Below, piece after piece: positions 10,438 through 21,381 of a stretch of 64,000 nucleotides of DNA. A program made the translations under genes and the position numbers. The notes below the pieces were generated by a model. It was not told the origin of the DNA and did not search any database. It saw only the letters and a list, made by a program, of their open reading frames with translations. The stretch is from an uncultured delta proteobacterium (GTDB lineage Bacteria > Myxococcota > Kuafuiibacteriia > Kuafuiibacteriales > Kuafuiibacteriaceae): assembly GCA_963803435.1 (NCBI GenBank), contig CAWDML010000001.1:2464001-2528000 (forward strand). The letters run 5' to 3'. Each line of letters opens with the position of its first letter. Positions within the stretch are counted from its first letter, which is position 1.

Positions 10438-11370
10438 GTGCGGTGGCTGGCCGTCCCGGCACTTCTCCTGCTCGGCTGCAACGGCGACATCCTGCCGATC
10501 CAGCTCCCCGGCTCGCAGTTTTTCATCGAAGCCGGCCGGCTCCCGGGCGCCATGCAACAAGTGCGGGTCGGGTTGAGCGAGCCGATCGCCGCCGGTGGTG
10601 GGACCGATCCGCTGCTGCTCGAGCGCCAGGACGGTGGATGGGTCCCCCTCGTGCCGCCCGACGCGTGGAGCGGGCCGATCCTCGACGTCGCGGTGGTCGG
10701 GAGCACTCTCTTCCTCAGCGGTGAGGACGGCCAGCTCGCCACCGGAGGTCGAACGGGACTGGAGATGATCGCGGCGGACGACGCCGAGGGGACATCGCTC
10801 CGCGCGCTCCTCGCCCGCGCCGACGACGACGTCTTCATCGCGGGTGACGGCGGGCTCTTCCACTTCGACGGGAGCACCGTACGCCGAGTGGAGACCACCT
10901 CGATCGCCGCGTCCCAGGACTTCTACGCCCTGTGGGCTGGCGGCACGACCATCTTCGCCGGGGGCGCGGAGGGTGTCGTCCTGACGATCGGCGGCACGGA
11001 GGCGACCGCGACGCAGACCGGGACCGTCGCGACGATCCGAGCGCTGCACGGACGATCGCGCACCGACCTCTATGCGGTGGGCGGCGATCAACGCGCCGCA
11101 GTGCTCAAGTGGGATGGAGAGGCCTGGAGCGACCTGGCGCTCCCTTTCATGCCGCCGCTGCGCGCTGTCTTTGCAGGGAGCGCGGGCGTGTGGGTGGCCG
11201 GGTATGAGGGCTACCTGGCGAGATGGGACGGCGAGCGCTGGATCGAGCTCGCCACGCCCTGGATCGTCCCGATCACAGGCACGCTCGAGCGCGACGGTGA
11301 GCTGTATCTGACCGGAGGCAACATCGACGATCCCTCCGCGTCGGGCTTCGTGGCGCGCTACGGCGACTGA
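10438..11370 (+). CDS. Beta-propeller-like repeat lipoprotein
   Basis: Lipobox LLLGC after GTG; repeats such as LRALL/FYALW/IRALHG...AVG...LKWDGEAW. Confidence 0.65.
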   Translation: MRWLAVPALLLLGCNGDILPIQLPGSQFFIEAGRLPGAMQQVRVGLSEPIAAGGGTDPLLLERQDGGWVPLVPPDAWSGPILDVAVVGSTLFLSGEDGQLATGGRTGLEMIAADDAEGTSLRALLARADDDVFIAGDGGLFHFDGSTVRRVETTSIAASQDFYALWAGGTTIFAGGAEGVVLTIGGTEATATQTGTVATIRALHGRSRTDLYAVGGDQRAAVLKWDGEAWSDLALPFMPPLRAVFAGSAGVWVAGYEGYLARWDGERWIELATPWIVPITGTLERDGELYLTGGNIDDPSASGFVARYGD

Positions 11371-11460
11371 GGCGATCGTCGGCGTCGTAGCACCCAGCCC
11401 CAGCTCGCGCAGAGTCTCCTTCCCTCCACGCCCGGCCCGTTCTTTGCGGGTTCTGGTCGG

Positions 11461-12120
11461 ATGCGCACAATGACTGCTGGGACGATCGCGATCGGCGTCC
11501 TCGGAATGCTCGGCTGCCGGACCGGCGCGTACTACAGCGCGATGGACAAGGTCGGCTACGAACGGCGGGAGATCCTGGCGGATCGGCTCCAGGACGCCCG
11601 GGCCAGCCAGCTGGAGGCGAAGGAGCAGCTGGGCCGCGCCCTCTCGTCTCTCCGCCGGATCGACACCGTACCGGTGAGCGGGCTCGAAGATCTGCACGCC
11701 GATCTGAAACACCAGGCCGGCGATACGAAGGACGCGCTCAACGATCTCCGGAGCAACATCGCCAGCGTCGACAGCGTAGCGCGCTCGATGTTCTCGCAGT
11801 GGGGCGACGACCTGGCCAGGATCAACGACGACACGGTGCGGCGCCAGAGCGCGGCGAAGATGCGTGAGACCCAGCAGGACTACAACCAGCTGAGCGCGTC
11901 GCTTCGAGATACCGAGCACCGTCTCGCGAACGTGGTCCCCGCGCTCCAGGATCAGGTAATCGTCCTCGAGACCAGCTTGAGGGCCGGAATCAGGCCGGGG
12001 AAGACGGCGACGCTCCAAGAGGTGCGCGACCAGGTGTCCAGCCTGATCGAGGATCTCCAGGGCTCGATCGATCGCACGCAGCACTTCATCGACGCGCGGG
12101 CCGGTCGTGCCTCGGCTTAG
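11461..12120 (+). CDS. DUF2959-like coiled-coil lipoprotein
   Basis: Lipobox MLGC then [24 protein letters not shown]. Confidence 0.7.
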   Translation: MRTMTAGTIAIGVLGMLGCRTGAYYSAMDKVGYERREILADRLQDARASQLEAKEQLGRALSSLRRIDTVPVSGLEDLHADLKHQAGDTKDALNDLRSNIASVDSVARSMFSQWGDDLARINDDTVRRQSAAKMRETQQDYNQLSASLRDTEHRLANVVPALQDQVIVLETSLRAGIRPGKTATLQEVRDQVSSLIEDLQGSIDRTQHFIDARAGRASA

Positions 12121-12230
12121 CAAGTCGGCTTGCAAACCTTTCGTCGCGGCCGATCACCGCGTGGCGGCCTTGCATGAGGAGTCCAACTCGATTGTCGATC
12201 GTCACGACAGGCGTTCAGAGTGAAGGAACC

Positions 12231-12800
12231 ATGATGACCAAGTTGCACGCGGATTGGATGCGCCACGATCGTCGAGTGTCCAATCCTGCGCTCTGGATGC
12301 TCGCGGTGTATCGCTATGGGCGGTGGGTCGCGGAGCTGGGCGCGCCGGCGCGCTGGATCGGCGGGAAGATCTACGGCGCGATGAACCTCGCGATCGAGCT
12401 CGCGACGGGCTCGTCGATCCCCCGTGAAGCAACGGTCGGCGACGCGGTGCATCTGGTCCACTACTTCGACATCCGCATCCACCCGGACGCCGTGATCGGA
12501 GATCGCGTGGGCATCATGCACGACGTCACCATCGGGACCTCGATGAGCCGCCACGGCGCGCCCAGGATCGGCAACGACGTCTTCATCGGAACCGGCGCCA
12601 AGATCCTCGGCCCGGTGCGCATCGGCGACGGCGCCGTCATCGCCCCCAACTCGGTCGTCCTGTCCGACGTCCCGCCCGGCGCCACCGCGATCGGCGTCCC
12701 GGCCCGCGTGCTTCGCCTCGACGGTCTGATGCAGAAGCCCGCCGAAGCGGACAAGGTCACCGACATCAGCGAGCGCTTGAGCGAACGCCGCGCTCAGTAG
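12231..12800 (+). CDS. Serine O-acetyltransferase-like left-handed beta-helix protein
   Basis: Hexapeptide repeats; [32 protein letters not shown]. Confidence 0.85.
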   Translation: MMTKLHADWMRHDRRVSNPALWMLAVYRYGRWVAELGAPARWIGGKIYGAMNLAIELATGSSIPREATVGDAVHLVHYFDIRIHPDAVIGDRVGIMHDVTIGTSMSRHGAPRIGNDVFIGTGAKILGPVRIGDGAVIAPNSVVLSDVPPGATAIGVPARVLRLDGLMQKPAEADKVTDISERLSERRAQ

Positions 12801-12866
12801 CCCCGGCCATCCCCCGTCGGACGATCGCCGGAGCGCCGTCCGAGACGTGTCGCCGATAACACCACA

Positions 12867-13688
12867 GTGGAGGTCGGCTCCGCACCGAAGGGCTCGAGCG
12901 CCCTCATCCTGCCCTATCGGGACGGGCCTGCGCGCGAGGAGCGGCCACGCCCGCGGATCCTCCACGCGCCTTCACCCGTTCTCCCCCTCCGCTCGGACTC
13001 CCTTCAACCGCCGTACATCAGCCAGCGCACGCCCGAGGGCGCCGGTCCGGACTTCGACGGCAGCGCCAGCTGCGGGCCGGCCTGCATGGCGATGATCGCC
13101 CGGGTGCTCGGCTACGGCCGCGCGCTCGACGACCATCAGCTCGTCGTCCACCTCGGAGCGATCGGGAGCACGAACCTCGAATTCGGCACCGAGGTCGCCG
13201 GCATGGTCGCGATGGCCTCGGCGATGGGACGGGGTTGCCTGGTGCGCCCGGGCGACGACCTGGCGTGGATGCGAGGCGCGCTCCGGAGCGGCGGCGTGGT
13301 GGTGGCGAACGGCGAGTACTACGTGATGCCGCCGCACGAAGATCCGGATACCCGCGAGGGACACTTCGTGCTCGTGTACGGCCTGGAACACAACGGCGAC
13401 TTTCGGGTGCACGATCCCGAGGATCCGGCCGTCCGCACCGTCAAGCCCGCAGACATGGCGCGCTTTCTCCGCGAACACGACAAGGGCGGGTTCCAGCTCG
13501 CGGTGGAGATCGCACCAGCCCTGTCCAGCCTGGAGCGCTCGCTCATCTGGCGCCCGGGCCGGGACTACGGCGTGGGGATGAACGCCTGGAGACCGCACCG
13601 GACGAAGCGGCTCGTCACGTCGGCCGCCGGCGTGCCGGCGGACAGGCGCAGGTACAGGGTCCCGGTGCTGGTCGGTACGAAGGACTGA
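12867..13688 (+). CDS. C39-like (papain-fold) cysteine peptidase
   Basis: SCGPACMAM, GHFVLVYG and HDP motifs. Confidence 0.75.
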   Translation: MEVGSAPKGSSALILPYRDGPAREERPRPRILHAPSPVLPLRSDSLQPPYISQRTPEGAGPDFDGSASCGPACMAMIARVLGYGRALDDHQLVVHLGAIGSTNLEFGTEVAGMVAMASAMGRGCLVRPGDDLAWMRGALRSGGVVVANGEYYVMPPHEDPDTREGHFVLVYGLEHNGDFRVHDPEDPAVRTVKPADMARFLREHDKGGFQLAVEIAPALSSLERSLIWRPGRDYGVGMNAWRPHRTKRLVTSAAGVPADRRRYRVPVLVGTKD

Positions 13689-14908
13689 ATCAGCGCGCCG
13701 GTCGGCCCTTCCTCATCGCTCACCAGGACGGCGTCCCCCCGGTCGCGAAGCTCGACGGAGAGCCCACGCACGCCCGAGCCCGAGCTCTCCGCGCCGCACG
13801 CGACCGAGACCGCCTCGTTCATCCTGATCTCGAACGAGAAGTAGTCGACGTCGGTCCCGCTCAGCCTCGCCAGGATGAACGACTGGCGAACCGTGCCCGA
13901 CACCGCCTCGGCCAGGGCCTCCGCCGTCGCGAGCGTGTTGTTGGGCTCGCCCCGCTCGAGCGGGTTCTCGACGAAGAGCCGCGGTTTAAGGACGTAGAAG
14001 TCGTTCGCTCCCACCGCCGTCGCGGGATGCGCGATCCACATCAGGTACTCGCCGGGGTTGACCGGCGGCCCCAGCGAGTCGTTCCCCACCGACTGATCGA
14101 CGGCCGCGATCGTCTGCGTGTTGGCGAGGTCGGTCAGCCAGACCTTGCCGGCCGGCGACGTCGAGCCCTGTCCGGTGGTCCCCGCCGGAAGGATGTCGAC
14201 GCTGTAGTCCACGGTCGTGCTGGAGGCGACCCGGATCCGGTAGACGTCGACGTCGTCCGCATCGCGGAAGGTGCCGAGAATGACGCCGAGCTCGTCCTGC
14301 ACAGCGCTCGCGGCGTCGTCGCCGTTCTCCGGGTCGACCACCACGCCGCTGGTGGCGTCGTCCCAGAGGGGGGCGCGCAGCGAGTAGGTGAACTCGGGGC
14401 CTCCAACGGGCGTCTCGCCCGCCCACGTCGAGTACTCCTGGACCCGAACGAAGTAGGTGCCGTCTGCGGGCACGTGAAAGTTGATCTCGGAGTCCGTGAT
14501 GTGCGGGACCACGATCTCGTCATCGTTCTCCGCGATCTGGTTCATGTCCGCGTCAAACAGCGTGATCACGGGATCGACCGGGCTGCCGCCGCTGCGCGTG
14601 ATGATGCGGACCCACTGTCCCGCCGTGGCGGTGAACTGGAACAGATCGACGTCCCCCGGCGGATCGATCGCTTCGGCTTCTCCGTAGGGATCGCCGACCT
14701 CGACGACGATCGCCTCCTCGACGCCCGAGTCGCGGACACCGGTGTCGCGCACGCCGCTGTCCGGGACACCGGTGTCGGCGACCCCGCCGTCGTACGTCCC
14801 CGTGTCCTTGGTACCGGTGTCGGTGTTGCCGTCGGAGTCGTCGTCGCTGCCCTTGCAGGCCGGCGTGTAGAGCGTGGCGATGGACAGGGCGAGGAGCAGG
14901 CGGCGCAT
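13565..14908 (-). CDS. PPC/DVUA0089-like domain lipoprotein
   Basis: Lipobox TPAC, DTG/DSG 5-aa repeats, GDVDLFQF, DPVITLFD, ENDD, EPNNT, DVDYFSF. Confidence 0.75.
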   Translation of the reverse strand: MRRLLLALSIATLYTPACKGSDDDSDGNTDTGTKDTGTYDGGVADTGVPDSGVRDTGVRDSGVEEAIVVEVGDPYGEAEAIDPPGDVDLFQFTATAGQWVRIITRSGGSPVDPVITLFDADMNQIAENDDEIVVPHITDSEINFHVPADGTYFVRVQEYSTWAGETPVGGPEFTYSLRAPLWDDATSGVVVDPENGDDAASAVQDELGVILGTFRDADDVDVYRIRVASSTTVDYSVDILPAGTTGQGSTSPAGKVWLTDLANTQTIAAVDQSVGNDSLGPPVNPGEYLMWIAHPATAVGANDFYVLKPRLFVENPLERGEPNNTLATAEALAEAVSGTVRQSFILARLSGTDVDYFSFEIRMNEAVSVACGAESSGSGVRGLSVELRDRGDAVLVSDEEGPTGALIQSFVPTSTGTLYLRLSAGTPAADVTSRFVRCGLQAFIPTP

Positions 14909-14945
14909 CGGGGCGAATCTGACCCGATCAACCGATTGGAGCAAG

Positions 14946-15291
14946 TCAGTCGGCGCGTTCCTCGATGATCGCCTCGATCAGGGCCCGGGAGTCCTCGTCG
15001 AAGTTCACGAACTCCACTCCGATCCCCTGGGGATTCGGGCCGGTGGACGGGTTCACGCGGATCACCCGGCCCAGCCCCTCGAATCAGCTTGGTACCGTCC
15101 TTGAGGGCGAACTGGAGATAGACCATCGAGCCCTCCTCTCGGGCATCGTCGGTCCGGATGAACATTCCGCCCGCCGAGATGTCCGAGGCGTACTCGGACA
15201 TGAACTCTTCGAAGGTGTCGAAGCGATACTGGATGAGGAGGTTGAGCGGCACGCGAGGATAGCGGCGCCGCTCGACGCCGGGAGCAGTCAT
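14946..15291 (-). CDS. PilZ-domain protein (TIGR02266-like), one +1 frameshift
   Basis: ERRRYPR and DISAGG motifs; removing one T at ~15082 restores LIEGLGRVIRV...GIGVEFVNFDEDSRALIEAIIEERAD*. Confidence 0.85.
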
Positions 15292-15306
15292 CGCGGCGAG
15301 TCTATC

Positions 15307-16314
15307 TCAAAACTCGGAACCGTCGAGCGCGCTCTCGAGCGCATCCTCGAGGCTCCCCTCTTCGGCGACCCGGATCGTGTCGGCGGTCTTCGACAGCTTC
15401 TTGCTGTCGTTGAGGATCGCGCGGACGATCTCCGACAGCACGTGGCGGCTCCTGGCCGGGTCGAGGCCCACGTCCAGATCCTCCAGCGCACGCAGGAACG
15501 CGGCCGCGTGCGGATACCGATACCGCTGATCCCGGTGCAGCGCCCGGCGCAGCACGCGGACCAGCCCCTCGGGAAGATCGTCGCGGATCGAGGCGATATC
15601 CGGGACATCACCGTCACCCACTCGGACGATCACCTCCTCGAGCGACATCGACTCATAGATACGCTCGCCGGCGAGCAGCTCCCACAGGACCACGGCCACG
15701 GAGTAGATGTCGGCCCGCAGATCGAAGTCGCCGCCGCGGGCCTGCTCGGGCGCGCGATAGCGGACCTTGCCACCCGGCATGCGCCCTTCGATCTCGGCCA
15801 GCCCGCTGGCGCGCGCCACCCCGAAGTCGATCAGCTTCACCTCTCCGCCGATGTTGACCATGACGTTGGACGGCGCCACGTCGCAGTGGACGAGCCCCAT
15901 CGGAACGCCCTCCTCGTCGGCGGCGCGATGCACGAAGTCGAGCGCGATCAGCATCTCTTTCACGATGTGCACGCACTCGTCGACACCGAGCCGCCGCTCG
16001 TGCTGCTCGAGCACCCGCTCGAAGCGGAACAGATCGATCCCGTCCACATACTCGAGCACCAGCGCCCAGGTCTCGCCGACCCGCTCGAGGTTCAGCACCT
16101 GCACGATGTTCCCGTGGTTGAGGCGCGCGGCCAGCTTCGCCTCGTCGATCAGCATCTGGATGAACTCGGCATCGCTCGAGTACTCCGGCAGGATCTTCTT
16201 GATCGCGACCGTCTTCTCGAACCCGCCCGCGCCCGCCATCTTGGCCTTGTAGATCTCGGCCATTCCGCCGCTGGCGAGCTTCTGGAGCAGGACGTAGGAG
16301 CCGAACGCCTCCAC
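15307..16314 (-). CDS. Ser/Thr protein kinase (non-RD)
   Basis: GGMAEIY, VAIKKI, HCDVAPSN, DFG, YRAPEQ. Confidence 0.9.
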   Translation of the reverse strand: MEAFGSYVLLQKLASGGMAEIYKAKMAGAGGFEKTVAIKKILPEYSSDAEFIQMLIDEAKLAARLNHGNIVQVLNLERVGETWALVLEYVDGIDLFRFERVLEQHERRLGVDECVHIVKEMLIALDFVHRAADEEGVPMGLVHCDVAPSNVMVNIGGEVKLIDFGVARASGLAEIEGRMPGGKVRYRAPEQARGGDFDLRADIYSVAVVLWELLAGERIYESMSLEEVIVRVGDGDVPDIASIRDDLPEGLVRVLRRALHRDQRYRYPHAAAFLRALEDLDVGLDPARSRHVLSEIVRAILNDSKKLSKTADTIRVAEEGSLEDALESALDGSEF

Positions 16315-16359
16315 GGGACCCCGGAGGCATACTGGTCGCCCGACGGCGAGGCAAGCCGC

Positions 16360-16707
16360 TCACTCCGGGGGCGATTGCGGCCTCCGCGCCTTGGCCCGGG
16401 CGGGGCTCTGGGGAGGCCGGGGCGCCGGGGTCAGCCGCACCCGCTCGACCCGGACCAGCGGGATGAGCTTCGCCAGGGTCTTGGCCCCGATCCCCTTGAT
16501 CCGCAGCAAGTCGCGGACCCGCACGAACGGGCGCTGTTTCCGGGCCTGCACGATCTCGGCGGCCCTCTTGGGCCCGATCCCGGGGAGCCGCGTCAGGACC
16601 CACGCCGGCGCCCGGTTGAGATCGACGGCCGAGGTGGGCGTCCGCGTCTGGGTCGGGCGGTCGGGCAGACCGGCGAGCGCGAGGAGGATGGGGAAGAGCA
16701 CGATCAT
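16360..16707 (-). CDS. comEA: ComEA-type helix-hairpin-helix DNA-binding protein
   Basis: VDLNRA, LPGIGPKRA, IKGIGAKT. Confidence 0.85.
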   Translation of the reverse strand: MIVLFPILLALAGLPDRPTQTRTPTSAVDLNRAPAWVLTRLPGIGPKRAAEIVQARKQRPFVRVRDLLRIKGIGAKTLAKLIPLVRVERVRLTPAPRPPQSPARAKARRPQSPPE

Positions 16708-16852
16708 CCGGCCGGTGACTGCGAGCGCCGGGCCAACGGATCACGACACGTCCCGCGACGATTCGTGCGCCCGTGAAGACAGGCCGTCCACCCGACGTGA
16801 TCAGCTCGTCCCCGCTCAGATTCATCCCTTCCTCCGCGTGACGCGATCGTCC

Positions 16853-16881
16853 GGAAGTCCGTCCGGCCGGGACGGACTTCC
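16853..16881. other. Perfect 12-bp hairpin in the intergenic gap upstream of comEA
   Basis: GGAAGTCCGTCC-GGCCG-GGACGGACTTCC; no poly-U tail. Confidence 0.6.
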
Positions 16882-16975
16882 TCGAAAATCGGACATCCGC
16901 AGGACCAACCCGTGCTTCGCCATGAGCTTGGTGAAGGACGGAGGCAGAAGATGCTTCGATGCTGCACCAGGGAGG

Positions 16976-18278
16976 CTACGGCGAACCGGTCGTGGAGGAG
17001 GTGAACGTCACCTCCACCCAGCCGCTCTGGACCGGGGGGGTTCCGTGGTTGTCGGGGGTACCGAGGTTTGCCATCTCCCGCGGGAGCAGGCGCCGGAGCA
17101 GCTCGGCGTCCGAGTAGTCCTCGAGCTCGCCCGGATCACCAATCCCCTCGAGGAACAGGAAGGCGTCGAGATCGAAGCGCACCACCACCTGCATGAAGCG
17201 GCCCGCACCCTCGCTCACGTGACCCTCGGCGTCCTCGTGCGTGTACCAGAACTCGCTGCTGTGGGGGACACCGGCAGCTTGGTCGGCGAGCGCCGGGTCG
17301 TAGTCCGGGTGGCGTGGGTCATCCGTCTGAACCTCCTCGGAGAAGAGCTTGAAGCGGCGCTCCTCGGGGATGGAGAAGCTCGGTGAGAACCCGCCCGCGT
17401 CCCAACCGCAGTATGCGCTCCCGCGTTCGCAATCTGTGTTGCAGAAGACTTGGCCGTATTGGCCGTCCTCGCCGAGCCCAACCGAGTAGGCTTCGAGGAA
17501 CGCCAGCTGGTGCGGGTTGGTGGGGCGGGTCGAGGTGAAGGTCATCGAGTCGAGAATCGAGGAACTGGAAGTCGGACTCCGCGCAGGCGGCGTCCGGGTC
17601 AGGCTTGCGGCAGAGCAGCACGTCGCCGCGCAACACCGGGCGCTCCGCCGGCAGGAACAGCTGCTCCTCGATGTAGGGGGCGTCGAGGGCGCACGATGGA
17701 TCGGCGAAGACGGGATCGGCGTCGAGCGGGTTGGGCTCGAAGACGTAACGGACGGTCCAGAAGTCGTCGACCATCTCGACCTTGACGTCGAGGTAGGCCA
17801 TCTCGACCGAGACGGTTTCCCACCAGAGGTCCCGATATTCGTCGCAGGAGAGCGCGGTCTCGCCACCGACCGCGCGAGGCTGCTGGAGATCGAAAGGGCC
17901 GCCCCCGCGCGCTGGACCTTCGGCGGCGTCGAGGGCGAGGAGCCGCCCCGGACCGCAGGTGCTGGGGCTGCCGGCGCCGTCCGCGCCGAGATCGATCCGT
18001 CCAGCCCAGCCCGACGCGTCCAACGGACGTATGCAGACACCGCGGACCGGTCCCATCGATCCGGTGTCGCACGCCTCCACCCCGCCGCGCTCGAGCGCGC
18101 GACCACCGGCGGTGAGCGCGCTGCGCGAGGTCGAGATCTGCGCGCTGGTGCTCGCGAGGTAGACGTGGACCGCGCTGCTCGCACCGCCACCGCCGTGCGG
18201 ATCGCCACCTCCTGGACCGCAGGCGGTGAAGCCGAGCAGCACGACGACCAGGGTGGGAGGAAGGATCCGTGGGCTCAC
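16976..18278 (-). CDS. Hypothetical lipoprotein, one +1 frameshift
   Basis: Lipobox FTAC in the 17319 frame; deleting one T at ~17556 joins it to the 16976 frame (FLDLDSMTFTSTRP); start approximate. Confidence 0.6.
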
Positions 18279-18433
18279 GACGAAGGATCGGCCGGGAGCA
18301 GGATCGCTGAAGTGCGCCGCGCCTCTCCCGCGACCAGAAAGCGTCAGGTTCCGATCGGGCGTCACATAAAGCTGATCGAGAGCGACTGCGAACCGGCGTC
18401 CTCCGCCGAGAGGTTCGCGTCCCTCAGAGGGAA

Positions 18434-20164
18434 ATGACCATGAACACGACTCCACTCTACCTCTCGATCGGCCTGGCCCTCATCGGATGCACCTCGGAGC
18501 CGAACCCTGTCGCATCGAGTGCCCGCGGCGAGGTCTACATGCCCGATGCGACCGACCGAGAGGTGCGCGAGCTCCAGCTGCGCGATCAAGTGCTGAGGTA
18601 CGAGGTGGTCGACGGGGTCGCGGTGATCGGGGGTGACATCGTCATGGGGGATGTCGAGACCTTCGAATCCGACCTGCTCGAGGCTGGAAGCTGGCACGGC
18701 GTGTCGAAAAACTCCGGCGTATGGAGCATGCCGGTCCGATTCAAGTTCGACAACGAGGTGCCAGCCCTGGTTCGTACGGCGGTATCAAACGCGCTCAGCG
18801 AGCTCGAGAGCGAGACCTCCGGGGCGTTGCTCTTCTCCGAGTGCGGATCGGGGACGACGCCCAGCTGTGGCGCCAACTCGCACATCAAGTTTCGGTACCA
18901 CGACGCCGGCTGCAATAGCCCTCTCGGTCAACAGACCTACCCGATCATCAACACGATCAACCTGGACACCTGGTGCGACAGCGACACGGTCACGGAGAAG
19001 GGGGCGATCAAACACGAGGTTTTGCACTCGATGGGATTTGACCACGAGCAGAACCGATGCGACCGCGACGCCTACGTGATCGTCGATTACGACAACATCA
19101 TCGATAGATGGGAGTACGCTTTCGACAAGCAGTGCGGCAACAATTGGTCGGATGTCGTGAGCTACAACTTCAACTCGATCATGCACTACTCGGGAACGGC
19201 TTTTCAGATCCCGGGCGCCGGCAATTCGATCACGACCATCGATCCGGCCTTCCAGAACGTGATCGGCTACCTCGGCCCCATATCGCCGGGCGATCTGGCC
19301 ATGATCAACCTGAAGTACGGGCTCCCCAACTTGGCCAACGGAGTCTCCTGCACCGCCAGCCGCGACTGCGCGAGCGGGAACTGCGTCCCCTCGGGATGGT
19401 GGGTAGGTGCGGGCTCGAAGTGCAGCGCTGTCGGCTGCCAGCCCGGCGATTGGGACGCCCAGAACTTCAACGACAGCTCCTGTGACAATGGATGTCTTTT
19501 TCACGCCACCGACCTCTGCCCCTCGAACATGGCGTGCGTGGACGGAGGCGACGGGACCGGCGTCTGCGTCAATGCCTGTAACGATGACGACGACTGCTCG
19601 GGAGACCATCCCTACTGCGTCTACGCCGACGCGGCGAGGTTTGCGAAGCTGTGCAACAAGGCCAACTGCAATCCGTGTCACTATGACTCGAACCCCAACA
19701 ACCAAACGTGCGATGGCACGTTCCCTGATGGCAGCTCCGGTGACTGCGGAAACGACTCCACCTGCTTCGGTGGGCACTGCATCGGTCACTGTACGACCGA
19801 CGGAGACTGTGCCGCCGGAAAGACCTGCGAGTATGCGAACGCCAGCCGAACGCTGAGGTACTGCAATACGGCCAATTGCTCTCCCTGCGAGTACGACACT
19901 TATCCAATCGATGCCGTCTGCAGCAACGATCTGGCGTCGGGAACCTATTGTGGCCCAGGCAACGAGTGCAACGGTTCGGGACAGTGCGTCTGCACGCTGA
20001 GCAGCAACGGCCACAGCTGCAACATCGACTCCGATTGCTGCAGCTCCCACTGCGAGGCCATGAATTCCTCGGGCACGCTGCGGCAGTGCAATCGAATCTC
20101 CTGCCCTGCGGGTCAGTGGGATCTCGACGCAACCGACCTCACCTGCGACAACTTCCACATCTGA
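18434..20164 (+). CDS. Astacin (M12A) zinc metalloprotease lipoprotein with Cys-rich repeat tail
   Basis: HEVLHSMGFDHEQNRCDRD, SIMHY Met-turn, GDIV propeptide, lipobox LIGC. Confidence 0.88.
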   Translation: MTMNTTPLYLSIGLALIGCTSEPNPVASSARGEVYMPDATDREVRELQLRDQVLRYEVVDGVAVIGGDIVMGDVETFESDLLEAGSWHGVSKNSGVWSMPVRFKFDNEVPALVRTAVSNALSELESETSGALLFSECGSGTTPSCGANSHIKFRYHDAGCNSPLGQQTYPIINTINLDTWCDSDTVTEKGAIKHEVLHSMGFDHEQNRCDRDAYVIVDYDNIIDRWEYAFDKQCGNNWSDVVSYNFNSIMHYSGTAFQIPGAGNSITTIDPAFQNVIGYLGPISPGDLAMINLKYGLPNLANGVSCTASRDCASGNCVPSGWWVGAGSKCSAVGCQPGDWDAQNFNDSSCDNGCLFHATDLCPSNMACVDGGDGTGVCVNACNDDDDCSGDHPYCVYADAARFAKLCNKANCNPCHYDSNPNNQTCDGTFPDGSSGDCGNDSTCFGGHCIGHCTTDGDCAAGKTCEYANASRTLRYCNTANCSPCEYDTYPIDAVCSNDLASGTYCGPGNECNGSGQCVCTLSSNGHSCNIDSDCCSSHCEAMNSSGTLRQCNRISCPAGQWDLDATDLTCDNFHI

Positions 20165-20191
20165 CGAAGCGCCTGGTTGCGGTTTCAGGCG

Positions 20192-21372
20192 ATGATGTTG
20201 AACCTCCGTAGGCTGCGGGTCGCCGTACTCCTGTCGGCGGCCACCGTCGGCTGCAGTCCGCCCCATCATCCCGCAACCGGCGCTCAGGCTGCCGCGATCA
20301 TCCAAGGTGGCGCGTGCACCGGTGTCGGTCCGTGGGAGAGCGCTCTGGCTCTACTGGTGGAGGAGGATCGAGGCGTCGGCGCTGACGCGAGAGCGGAACG
20401 ACGGGTGGTTTGCAGTGCGGTGATGGTGGCGCCGGACCTGGCCCTGAGCGCTGCGCACTGCGTTCACCCCGAGCTGCTGGGGCCCGATCCGGGCGACCTC
20501 ACATCGGTCAGCTACTGGGTGAGCGCCGATCCAGCCCTGAGCGGCTGGAGCGAGGCGTCGCCCTTGCCGGCCGACGCGACACCCGTCCTCGCGTTCGAGA
20601 CGCACCCTGGATTCGATCCCGACGCGTCGTCCCAGCTGGCGGACCTGGCCTTGCTGAAGCTGAGCGCTCCGCGCCGGCAGCCCGTCGCCGCGATCATGGT
20701 CAACGCCGCCGCGCGGCTGGCGCCGGGGGTCCAGGTGTACGGTGTCGGTTGGGGCGTGTCGATCCTCCCGCCCTTGATCGGGGACCCGCCGCCGGAAACC
20801 ATCGGCGTTCGCAGGTGTGGCTCGACCGTCCTGCATGACGTCGGACCGACTGAGCTGCAGGTCGGCTGGTCGCGACTCGAAAGTGCTACGGCGATTCGGG
20901 AGGTCCGAGCTTCGCGAGGTTTGACCTGCCCGAGGCGCGCTACCTGCTGGTGAGCATCTCCTCCAGAGACGACGAGAGCGGCGGTTGCGCCCGCGGTGGC
21001 ATCGAGACGCGCGTGGACGCCTACCAGGGTTGGCTCACCGAGAGCGCCGCGAGCCTGACCGTCGACTCGCTCGACTTCGAGAGCTACGCGGGCGCGACGC
21101 CGGCGTTCGCCGAAACCCAGGCCGGCTCCTGCGTGGACAGTACGCCGGAGATTCGGACCTTGCCGCTCCCCCCATCGGCGGGCGGCTGCGCCTCGGCGCC
21201 ACCGCTCCCGACGATCGCCTTGCTTCTGCTCGGCGCCTCGCGTGGGTCCGGAACCCGACGTCGAGGGGGACGACACCGGGACATTTGGTCACGCGCGCCG
21301 AAAGGTTGGCGCCTTCGGCGCCGGGATCGCCGGGGCAAGGGCTGGTCTCGCAAATGCAAACGTTACTCTTGA
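20192..21372 (+). CDS. Trypsin-like (S1) serine protease, frameshifted at ~20875
   Basis: LSAAHC and DLALL in one frame; KCYGDSGGP in the next frame; MYXO-CTERM-like GGCAS...LLLLG...RRR tail. Confidence 0.75.
21343..21358 (+). promoter_or_regulatory. Candidate sigma-54 promoter
   Basis: TGGTCTCGCAAATGCA, GG-N10-GC, followed by GAGAGG RBS and ATG at 21382. Confidence 0.3.
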
Positions 21373-21381
21373 GAGGTTCAA

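Noticed and set aside
13565-13688. Convergent overlap of the C39 peptidase and PPC genes (also DJ-1/ctaA at 9397-9460) as antisense regulation
   Set aside because: Stop-codon scarcity in high-GC DNA explains short tail overlaps; no independent support.
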